Shown here one piece after another: positions 8,189 to 15,632 of a stretch of DNA of 20,293 nucleotides (position 1 is the first letter of the stretch; each line of letters opens with the position of its first letter). A program made the position numbers and the translations under genes. Location: the IMG/VR virus record IMGVR_UViG_3300044911_003846; one strand, given 5' to 3'. Below the pieces are notes generated by a model. It did no database searches and had not been told where the DNA came from. It saw nothing but the letters and a program-made list of their open reading frames with translations. This DNA is from an uncultured virus (IMG/VR IMGVR_UViG_3300044911_003846). Lineage: Duplodnaviria > Heunggongvirae > Uroviricota > Caudoviricetes.

Positions 8189-10489
8189 CTATGAATTGAT
8201 ATACAAACCGCCGTCAACAACAGTATCCTGGGCGGTTAAAGGCGAATATGTTTCACAGTCTATCAGACTGGTCTGCGAAGCAGGTTCGACGGGAACACCA
8301 TTCAGATAAGTACCACCAATAATCAAGCCAAATTCAAAATCCGGTACATAATTAACCAGTGGCTCATCCAACATTCCAAGCTTTGTATCCTGAATCAAAG
8401 TTGGTTGGATATTAAATAGTTTGCTCATCATCGTGAGCATCCGGTTTGCTGTATTAACTTCAGTACCACTACGATCTAATTCACCGTTAACGCCACGACG
8501 AATGCTGTCGGTCATCATCATGGTGACCAATTCTGTGTTGTAATTTGCAACCTGTTCTGGTTGGTTTCTCGATCCAGTAATTGAAATGCCTCCAACCCAG
8601 GGCATACCCTGCTGCATCATTGCAAGTCGTTCGGCTGCCTGCCTTAGCCTCTCATTCTCTTTTTCAAAATTACGATAAAAAACATCGAGCCCATTGCCAA
8701 TTGGTTTATCACTCGGCTCTAAAATCCAAGAGCTGACAAAATCATGCTCCCTTAAATTACTGACCGTTACATAGCCGCCGGTAACTTCGCTAAAAGGATA
8801 AACAACAACAAACGTATTTTTGTCCGGTACGCTTGTAATCGTATAGCGACCCGACAAAGCATTTCCACTAGTGAAATCTAGCTGAATTTTAGTGTTTGCA
8901 ACCAACCCGTGATCTGGTGCGGTGATTGTAATATTTGGACCCGACTGTGTATATGTAGCGGCAAGGGCAATTGGTTCATTTCCTTCATCATGAACAACGG
9001 AAAACATTGCCGCATAAATGTGTTTACACCAGCGGATTTGATAATAATAGAGATTTGGATATGAATACTCACTGGTGTCCTGATAATCCGGAAGCCCATA
9101 AAAGTTATTGATTACAGAGTAACCAAGATCAGCGAAGCTACCGGGAATATCTCTCTCATTACTTAAAGTATTGTCGTCATTTTGAGTCTGTCCAGGCTTT
9201 GTGGATGAGATAGCGGTAACCGGAAACCTTTGGCTGGTTTTATCTTTGTATAAGTTAAAGCCCTCGCGGCGCATAAAATCTTGGCAGGAACACTGCCACC
9301 GTAGTTCCGTGGTCAAAAAGCGGCCAACAATGAATCCGCGTTGAGCCGGAACTGTTGTTACGTATTTATTGTCAACAAGAATACTTCCGTAGCTATCTTC
9401 TTTTTGGAAAATAATCTCATTGGTTGTAACATCAACGCCAGTAACGGTATATCCTACATAATCGTCATACCGGAATCCAGGGATTAACCGGCTAAGAATT
9501 AAATTGCCGCTTGTAACACCGCTGTCAATAGTAGTAATTCTTAACTGCGTAGAACTAGTGACGGTCACATCATATTGACCAGACGAGACTAACCCACTCG
9601 TTACTGCAATAAATATTCGATTTCCAGTGGATAAACCGTGGGGGGATGTGCAATTAATTGTTACGAGAGAGCCGGTCCTGGTGTACGTAGAGAAGATTCC
9701 TGGATCTTTCTCGACCACACGGTCAATTAATCGCTCACCAGCAAAAAATCGTACTGGTACAGGAATAGAGCGCAGTCGAACACGAGTCGTTGTCCAACGT
9801 GGATCAGAAAAAGACGTGGTTAAGTAGTAAATTAAAGCGCCACTAGCTGTGAGAGAGCTGCCGGCGGTTACTGTAAAAGTATTCTGAGTTGTAGAGACAA
9901 CGGTTAGGGTTGCATCAATACCAGCACCGGTAAGGACATCTAAATAAACACTCTCGCCAATCAACAAATTGTGATCCGGAGACGAAATCGTTAACGTAGT
10001 CCCAGATTGAGAATATGTTGCAGTAACTGGATCCGCCAAATAGCGAACAGCCAGAATGGGTAAGCCGAAATTATAAAAATTAAACGCATTTGCATCACGC
10101 ATCCCAACAACCTGCTCATTGATCTCTTTGTCTGTTGTTGGGAACGTGAAAACACGGCCAGGGATAAACACGCCGGGGAACTGCTGGAAAGCGCAGTACA
10201 TGCGGAAATCACCCCGTCTACGCCGTTCATTAGCGAATGACCCCAGGACACTCTGAGTGATGGTATACAGCTCGTATCCGCGACGCCAACGAGTCCACAA
10301 AGAATCGTAATCGTAGAAACGAACTCGACTCTTTAAATCTTTATTTTGTGGTAAAAAATTAAATTTTTGTGTTTCCTTCGCGTAATCCTCTACAGCTCGA
10401 AACTGATTTGGATCTTCAAAATTACCAAACGTTTTGCCACTAAAAGTTTTTTTCGACGGAGGATCGAATCCGCCAACGTCGAATGGCAT
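8189..10489 (-). CDS. Large protein (766 aa) with three beta-barrel repeats and a SWIM-type zinc finger
   Basis: Three (A/S)TY.....TI....H.L..G..(V/I)....T.G repeats, plus WQCSCQDF...WCKHIYAAM (CxC...CxH). Confidence 0.8.
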   Translation of the reverse strand: MPFDVGGFDPPSKKTFSGKTFGNFEDPNQFRAVEDYAKETQKFNFLPQNKDLKSRVRFYDYDSLWTRWRRGYELYTITQSVLGSFANERRRRGDFRMYCAFQQFPGVFIPGRVFTFPTTDKEINEQVVGMRDANAFNFYNFGLPILAVRYLADPVTATYSQSGTTLTISSPDHNLLIGESVYLDVLTGAGIDATLTVVSTTQNTFTVTAGSSLTASGALIYYLTTSFSDPRWTTTRVRLRSIPVPVRFFAGERLIDRVVEKDPGIFSTYTRTGSLVTINCTSPHGLSTGNRIFIAVTSGLVSSGQYDVTVTSSTQLRITTIDSGVTSGNLILSRLIPGFRYDDYVGYTVTGVDVTTNEIIFQKEDSYGSILVDNKYVTTVPAQRGFIVGRFLTTELRWQCSCQDFMRREGFNLYKDKTSQRFPVTAISSTKPGQTQNDDNTLSNERDIPGSFADLGYSVINNFYGLPDYQDTSEYSYPNLYYYQIRWCKHIYAAMFSVVHDEGNEPIALAATYTQSGPNITITAPDHGLVANTKIQLDFTSGNALSGRYTITSVPDKNTFVVVYPFSEVTGGYVTVSNLREHDFVSSWILEPSDKPIGNGLDVFYRNFEKENERLRQAAERLAMMQQGMPWVGGISITGSRNQPEQVANYNTELVTMMMTDSIRRGVNGELDRSGTEVNTANRMLTMMSKLFNIQPTLIQDTKLGMLDEPLVNYVPDFEFGLIIGGTYLNGVPVEPASQTSLIDCETYSPLTAQDTVVDGGLYINS

Positions 10490-10496
10490 GGCTACA

Positions 10497-11285
10497 TCAA
10501 TAGAATCCGGCTTGAACGCCGATGTAAAAACCGTTGGTCAGAGACGTTGCTCCACTTGCGGCAACATACAGGGCCTGCCCTCGCTGGAGGATCAAACCAC
10601 GAGTCTTAGGGGATGTCGTGCTGTTGGCACTGGTAAAGTTGGCGCCAGCTTGAACAACGGGGTGGTTGATCAAGGGCAAAACATTATTGATGGTCAAACT
10701 GTAAGTTTGGTTTTCGTAAACAGCCGGGATACTGGAAACAAACAGTGGGAAAAATTGGTTGATATTGGTGATCGTGCCGGTATTTACCAGATAGAAGCAG
10801 AAGTCCAGGGGTAGACGGCAACTGACGTTACCCGTAATTGGACCAGAAATGCTAGGAATAGTGCCTGTGAAAGTCGTCGGCGTGACAGCCGTCACGGTAA
10901 CGGCCTGGTCAATTGGAGTAGTACCAGAGCTATAGGAGGTGAAGTCGAGCCAGACTTTTTGACCAACTTGGACGTTATGACCAGCACTGATCGTTACAAC
11001 GACATTAGTACTGTCCGCAGAATACGTTCCAGACGTCGTACTAGCCGCATCAATAAACTCAATATTGCGCTTACTGTATTGGAACCAGATTTCATCAATA
11101 TAGGCGCCACTGATCGAGGTATCGGTCAGAGAAGAGTCAACGTCAAATACTTTGGTAGCATTACCAACGGAAGTCGGTACCAGGCTGGTCGAAAATGATT
11201 GGCCAGATGCAACGGTAACCAGTGTGGACGTGGTTGCCGGCCGGTCAACCAAAAGCGGCTGCTTGTTTGAGCTTGAAGACGACAT
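10497..11285 (-). CDS. Virion structural protein (262 aa) with one copy of the same beta repeat
   Basis: GTYSADSTNVVVTISAGHNVQVGQKVWLDFTS matches the repeats of the downstream gene. Ser/Thr-rich. Confidence 0.75.
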   Translation of the reverse strand: MSSSSSNKQPLLVDRPATTSTLVTVASGQSFSTSLVPTSVGNATKVFDVDSSLTDTSISGAYIDEIWFQYSKRNIEFIDAASTTSGTYSADSTNVVVTISAGHNVQVGQKVWLDFTSYSSGTTPIDQAVTVTAVTPTTFTGTIPSISGPITGNVSCRLPLDFCFYLVNTGTITNINQFFPLFVSSIPAVYENQTYSLTINNVLPLINHPVVQAGANFTSANSTTSPKTRGLILQRGQALYVAASGATSLTNGFYIGVQAGFY

Positions 11286-11315
11286 TAGCTCTTTTACGCT
11301 ATCTCTGACTAAATC

Positions 11316-11456
11316 TTATTGTAGCGCAGTTGCCTTCTTGGCTTCTTTTTGCTTCTTTTTATTGGCTAACCAAAGCCGAAAATACTGAAGCTCTGCCGGG
11401 GTGTACAGATCAGGCTTTTTTAACGCCTTCTTTACCAGCTTTTTCTTCTTTGTCAT
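11316..11456 (-). CDS. Small highly basic protein (46 aa), below the ORF-track cutoff
   Basis: ATG at 11456 to TAA at 11316: MTKKKKLVKKALKKPDLYTPAELQYFRLWLANKKKQKEAKKATALQ. Fills an otherwise empty gap and overlaps the upstream gene by 47 nt. Confidence 0.7.
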   Translation of the reverse strand: MTKKKKLVKKALKKPDLYTPAELQYFRLWLANKKKQKEAKKATALQ

Positions 11457-11625
11457 GCTTACGCCCCCGCTTCTGTTCTTCCAGTCTAACGCGAGCTTTC
11501 TTTACGGCTTCCTTGCGCCGCTCTTTGTCACCCTTCTTTTTATCTTCGGGTGAACCTTCTTTTTCTTCTTGTTTATTTTTGAAATGAGCCAGTAACTCGG
11601 GCGGCATCGAACCTTTTTTGGACAT
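11410..11625 (-). CDS. Small Lys/Glu-rich protein (71 aa)
   Basis: MPPELLAHFK motif followed by highly charged sequence; in operon order. Confidence 0.75.
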   Translation of the reverse strand: MSKKGSMPPELLAHFKNKQEEKEGSPEDKKKGDKERRKEAVKKARVRLEEQKRGRKHDKEEKAGKEGVKKA

Positions 11626-11630
11626 TTTAA

Positions 11631-11939
11631 TTAAACGCCGGTAGTGCGTACAGGAGAGGAACTATAGGCCAAATACTGAGAGCCAGGAGCCTTGCTAACT
11701 TTGTCTGGCGAGTATTTCATCGTTGCTGCTTCTTCCGCCATACTAGTTACAGGTTGCAGGGGGCTGAGGCGATCGCCGGCCATGCGAACGCCGCCAGTTC
11801 CAGTGACCCTAGAAACGACCGAATCGCGAATTTGACGAACATAGTCATTTTGAGGGGCCGAAACACCTGCTTCTGCTCCCTGAGCTTCAGCAATAGCTCC
11901 TTTTGAAATATTAGAAGTTCCGGAAGGAGATGCTCCCAT
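11631..11939 (-). CDS. Hypothetical low-complexity protein (102 aa)
   Basis: Tightly packed with its neighbours (5-6 nt gaps). Confidence 0.7.
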   Translation of the reverse strand: MGASPSGTSNISKGAIAEAQGAEAGVSAPQNDYVRQIRDSVVSRVTGTGGVRMAGDRLSPLQPVTSMAEEAATMKYSPDKVSKAPGSQYLAYSSSPVRTTGV

Positions 11940-11945
11940 AACAAA

Positions 11946-12248
11946 TTAACTGACGATGTCTAAATTACGCAATTCTGCGCCACCAATATAAGGTGCAGGT
12001 AGTGCGGGTGGATTACCAGTACTACCTATTAAGTTTAAATTAAATGCATCCCCAGCGAGCCGAGATTTCCGCTCACGCGGTAATCGGGCACCGACTCCCA
12101 AATATCCGCCCCCACCTCCAGGTAGAGTTGGATCTGCAGCCATAAAACCCTGGAAGTCGCCCTGGTTGGTGGCTAGAGGGGCTTCAGACGGACGCTTGTT
12201 TTGGGATATACCGAGCATATAGCCCATTCGAGTACCAGCTTTATCCAT
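11946..12248 (-). CDS. Hypothetical Gly/Pro-rich protein (about 100 aa)
   Basis: Likely start is ATG 12248 (MDKAG), preceded by SD GAGGAGG and overlapping the upstream stop. Confidence 0.7.
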   Translation of the reverse strand: MDKAGTRMGYMLGISQNKRPSEAPLATNQGDFQGFMAADPTLPGGGGGYLGVGARLPRERKSRLAGDAFNLNLIGSTGNPPALPAPYIGGAELRNLDIVS

Positions 12249-12459
12249 TTTGTTTCCTCCTCGATGCAAGTTCTACTGCTCGCCGAGCTTTTTTTGCTCG
12301 TTCAGTATTTGAAACAAATTGCTTACCCTCTCGGGATTCTCGTTGTTTTTTCTCGTCTGTACGGCGCCGCTCTTCTGGCGTTAACTTCGACCACGCAGAT
12401 TCTGGAAGGTAACGCTCGGTACCTTTTTTACCAGGTTCAATAGCCTTGTCGACAGCCAT
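12241..12459 (-). CDS. Basic protein matching the C-terminal half of DUF5872-type proteins
   Basis: TERYLPESAWSKLTPEERRRTDEKKQRESREGKQFVSNTERAKKAR. Start ATG 12459 via TAATG coupling. Confidence 0.75.
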   Translation of the reverse strand: MAVDKAIEPGKKGTERYLPESAWSKLTPEERRRTDEKKQRESREGKQFVSNTERAKKARRAVELASRRKQNG

Positions 12460-12878
12460 TACTCTTGGATTGATCCGCCATAAAGCCACGCATCACAAGT
12501 GCGCGACCCTGCACATTTAAATTTGAACAACTGACAATAGCCAAGGTTTGCGCGTTCTTGTACATCCCAAGGATCTGCCGCTTCTTTCTCATTGATTCCC
12601 TGAATGATGCAATCAATAACTTTTGGAGATTGATCAAATGCAGCGCAATTACAACAGCGTGCAGACATGACAGTGTTTACATCACTGTTCCACATCTCCG
12701 CCTTCTTCTCCCAAAAGCCGGGATCCGGAACATCTGGGTTTAAGGGACCATAGGCAAAGTTTTTAATAGTCCAATTTCGATTTTTGATGTTCTCTTCAAT
12801 ATCAGTCGTTGCACGAGGACAGGATTCACCTACCTCGGTAACAGTTTTATTGAGCAGAATCTTTACTTTATTTTCCAT
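12459..12878 (-). CDS. Cys-rich protein with HiPIP-like cysteine spacing (139 aa)
   Basis: RCCNCAAF...GYCQLFKFKCAGSRTCDAW. Start ATG 12878 via TGATG coupling. Confidence 0.75.
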   Translation of the reverse strand: MENKVKILLNKTVTEVGESCPRATTDIEENIKNRNWTIKNFAYGPLNPDVPDPGFWEKKAEMWNSDVNTVMSARCCNCAAFDQSPKVIDCIIQGINEKEAADPWDVQERANLGYCQLFKFKCAGSRTCDAWLYGGSIQE

Positions 12879-13225
12879 CACGCAGCCGCCACGCTGAACG
12901 TCACTACTGCAGCCGTGCCGCCAGACTCACTAACAAAGCGAGGACGAACATATTTAACAGGCCTGTCGCCCACACTGTACACAGTGGTCCCGTTGGCAGT
13001 GATGGTTTGATCTGCAATGATCGGAGCATAATTTGTCCCATCAATACTACCTTCCAGGCGAACAACAACGTTGGTATTGATGGTAGCGACCGTCACAATC
13101 AAGGTGTACGCCTTGGTACTACACAAATCATTTACACCGACCTCAACAGTGGTACCAAGCCCAGCCTCGGTTAAGGCTGTGCTAGTACTAAAAATTGTGT
13201 CTTGAAAGAAATAACCCGCCGCCAT
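12878..13225 (-). CDS. Small all-beta structural protein (115 aa)
   Basis: VVVRLEGSIDGTNY...YVRPRFVS jelly-roll-like pattern; Thr/Val-rich. Confidence 0.7.
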   Translation of the reverse strand: MAAGYFFQDTIFSTSTALTEAGLGTTVEVGVNDLCSTKAYTLIVTVATINTNVVVRLEGSIDGTNYAPIIADQTITANGTTVYSVGDRPVKYVRPRFVSESGGTAAVVTFSVAAA

Positions 13226-13253
13226 GATTTCCGATATTTTCTTTTAGTTTAGT

Positions 13254-13490
13254 TCAGCCCTTATCCTTTTTCTCGTACTCTTCACGAGTCATCCATTTCT
13301 GTTCGCCCCAACGCTTCAACGACTTTTGGCCCTCGGTACGCTCGCCTTTGTAACCACCACCACGTCGCTTATAGGCCTGCGCCAGAAGCTGTGCCTTGCG
13401 GGCTGACCATTGACCCGGCTTGCCACCTTTAGATCCCGCTTTGATCTGGGCTTTAAGACGCTCGCGTAGTTCTGGTTTTGTATATGCCAT
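13254..13490 (-). CDS. DUF5872-type basic protein, N-terminal half only (78 aa)
   Basis: YTKPELRERLK..IKAGSKGGKPGQWSARKAQLLAQAYKRRGGGY...QKSLKRWGEQKW signature. Confidence 0.8.
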   Translation of the reverse strand: MAYTKPELRERLKAQIKAGSKGGKPGQWSARKAQLLAQAYKRRGGGYKGERTEGQKSLKRWGEQKWMTREEYEKKDKG

Positions 13491-13771
13491 CAGAACTGAT
13501 TTTGAATCGGCCTTTTATTAAGAATAACAGGCGGAATGCTGTCACTGTAACTGCGACTAACCTCTCTCATGTAAGCAGGATTATTCATTTGGTAACGTGG
13601 ATCGTCGGTGCCGTTATATGCAACGACGTAACCGCATTTGCTTTCAGATTCCCGACGAACCTCATTAAATGGATCGCTAAACCCAGCGGTTTGCAGGCTG
13701 TAATCCTGATACATATTTTGATAGGTTACCGGAAATCCCTGAGAATAACCGGGAACAGCAGCGAATCTCAT
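13490..13771 (-). CDS. Hypothetical protein (93 aa)
   Basis: Stop/start coupled to both neighbours. Confidence 0.7.
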   Translation of the reverse strand: MRFAAVPGYSQGFPVTYQNMYQDYSLQTAGFSDPFNEVRRESESKCGYVVAYNGTDDPRYQMNNPAYMREVSRSYSDSIPPVILNKRPIQNQF

Positions 13772-14406
13772 TACGTTAAGTAGTTAGGCGTTTGTGAGAA
13801 CGCTTGGGTGAGCATCCCGACCGGGTCAATCATTGAGCGAACCTCTGGTTCTACTCCAAGAGATTGCTGAAGGTAAGAACTTAAGAAACTTTCCGGAGTG
13901 GTTGCCTTTTTACGGCCACCAACAATGATATAAGTATCGGCCGGAGCGATCTGAGGTTGAACCATTGGAGAAGCCTCAGTCTGCTTACCACCCTTGGTAT
14001 GAAGAAGACGAATCTCGTATGGAGTGCCCTGTGGGTCGGTGGTTTTAATCGTTCCATATCCCTTTCCCGGAGTAAATGTACCCGGTCCTTCCCAGGCTAG
14101 TGGGGTGCCTCCAGCGATCCCATAATCCTGCCCCATGTGTTGGGTGGAAGCCCCCTTGGTTGGTGCAACACGCTGTCCAAAAGGAGAAGTAATGGTGTAG
14201 CTTGGGCTCCACTCCTCTCCTTTCTGCTGCCAAAGAGGCTTCCGTTCTTTTCCGACTTTTAATCTCGTTAACAGAGAACGGATCGTACCGGGATCAACAT
14301 ACTTCCCATCTTTTAAAACACGGACATCAAGATGAGGCCCGGTCGTAGGAAATACATCTTGTCCGGCCGGTGTCACATATCCGACATCAGTTAACGAGTT
14401 TGCCAT
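13771..14406 (-). CDS. M23-family peptidase-like protein, circularly permuted
   Basis: TTGPHLDVRVLKDGKYVDP precedes ITSPFGQR...HMGQD...GTP...GYG...LLH, the reverse of the canonical M23 motif order. Confidence 0.8.
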   Translation of the reverse strand: MANSLTDVGYVTPAGQDVFPTTGPHLDVRVLKDGKYVDPGTIRSLLTRLKVGKERKPLWQQKGEEWSPSYTITSPFGQRVAPTKGASTQHMGQDYGIAGGTPLAWEGPGTFTPGKGYGTIKTTDPQGTPYEIRLLHTKGGKQTEASPMVQPQIAPADTYIIVGGRKKATTPESFLSSYLQQSLGVEPEVRSMIDPVGMLTQAFSQTPNYLT

Positions 14407-14408
14407 TA

Positions 14409-15059
14409 TCAGGACCCCAGATAATTAGGTGTCTGCGAAAAAGCAGCAGTTAGCATCGCTGCAGGGTCAAGACTCGATTGCACTTTCGGGGCTTTACCAC
14501 CAGCGATGTTGCGCATGATGAAATCGTCTAAATAGCTGCTTGGTTCGACCTGTGGTTCAGTATCACCAAAAATGATAAAAGTCCTACCACGAGCAGCGGT
14601 CTCTTGCGATGGACTTGGCTGACGACCCTGAAGAGCCTCCGTAAAACTAAACTGATCAGGACCAATAATTTTTTGAACATACCGGTTGGTTTCGGCGTAC
14701 TTCTTACTGGCCTCAACGGCTCCGGGTCCAGCATTGTAAGCGCGTAGACCTTTTTCATAAGCAGCCCTGAGTTGCATTGGGTCACTAACCTGACCTGGTT
14801 GTTTACCACCAAGGTAGGTTTTGATGTAACCCGCCATATTCTTGGCAGCAGCATCTAATGCGGCAACGGGATCATCCGGATTAACACCCCAACCCTTGGC
14901 GGTTGCAGGCATAATCTGAGCAATTCCACGGGCGCCAGCAGAAGAAATAGCCTTCGGATTAAAGCCAGATTCGGCTTGAATTTGGCGCTCAAATACTTGA
15001 GGTAAAAGCCCATATTTTTGGGCTTTTTGACGGGCAATCTCGCGATAGTCGGTAGGCAT
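14409..15059 (-). CDS. Soluble lytic transglycosylase (SLT domain, about 216 aa)
   Basis: QAESGFNPKAISSAGARGIAQIMPATA and AYNAGPG motifs. Likely start is ATG 15059 (MPTDY), not 15218, which overlaps the upstream gene. Confidence 0.92.
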   Translation of the reverse strand: MPTDYREIARQKAQKYGLLPQVFERQIQAESGFNPKAISSAGARGIAQIMPATAKGWGVNPDDPVAALDAAAKNMAGYIKTYLGGKQPGQVSDPMQLRAAYEKGLRAYNAGPGAVEASKKYAETNRYVQKIIGPDQFSFTEALQGRQPSPSQETAARGRTFIIFGDTEPQVEPSSYLDDFIMRNIAGGKAPKVQSSLDPAAMLTAAFSQTPNYLGS

Positions 15060-15081
15060 ACGTATGGCTGAGTACGTGGCG

Positions 15082-15561
15082 TTAGCGGAAATCGGTTGAA
15101 AGCATAAGCCGAGTACCGACAGCAACGTCGGCAGGGCCAGGGAGCGCTTGAATGAATTCAGCGCCTTCTCGGTTGAACCGATACCGAGCTTGCTCGGGAT
15201 TTCGGTAATTGGGGACATACAGATGTAGGGCTAATCGATCCGTCTCGTATAAATAAATCGCCGTCCAAGTTTTCAGCGTGTCTCTGAAATCAGAGGTCGC
15301 AATCGTACGATCAACGTCACCGGCTATGCTCTCAATACGACTACGTGGGACGGTATTATTATTCACGCTGCCAGTCATGTCAGTGCGCTTTTCAGCCTCG
15401 TCGCACCGACCGATCTGTTCGACAATTTTCGAATACCAGAACGAATCTTGGATGTTGTTGACAGCTTCCTCTAGACGCGCTTGGTCACCAGCCGGGACAG
15501 ACGTCAGGTTATAACCCAGGTGCCAGCGGACTTTGGACTTAAGGAAGGTATCGAGTTGCAT
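15082..15561 (-). CDS. Putative head-tail adaptor / head completion protein (159 aa)
   Basis: Helical protein beginning KSKVRWHLGY, located downstream of the capsid genes. Function inferred from position. Confidence 0.55.
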   Translation of the reverse strand: MQLDTFLKSKVRWHLGYNLTSVPAGDQARLEEAVNNIQDSFWYSKIVEQIGRCDEAEKRTDMTGSVNNNTVPRSRIESIAGDVDRTIATSDFRDTLKTWTAIYLYETDRLALHLYVPNYRNPEQARYRFNREGAEFIQALPGPADVAVGTRLMLSTDFR

Positions 15562-15632
15562 TACTGAAACGAAATGCGTTACAGGTACACCATCTCAGAT
15601 GTACCCAGTAACACACTAGCACGCGCAAATAA

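Noticed and set aside
15060..15218. N-terminal extension of the SLT with an apparent signal peptide (LPTLLSVLGLCFQPISANA)
   Set aside because: It overlaps the upstream gene by 137 nt, and ATG 15059 gives a clean non-overlapping start. The signal-like look is probably fortuitous, though not excluded without homolog alignment.
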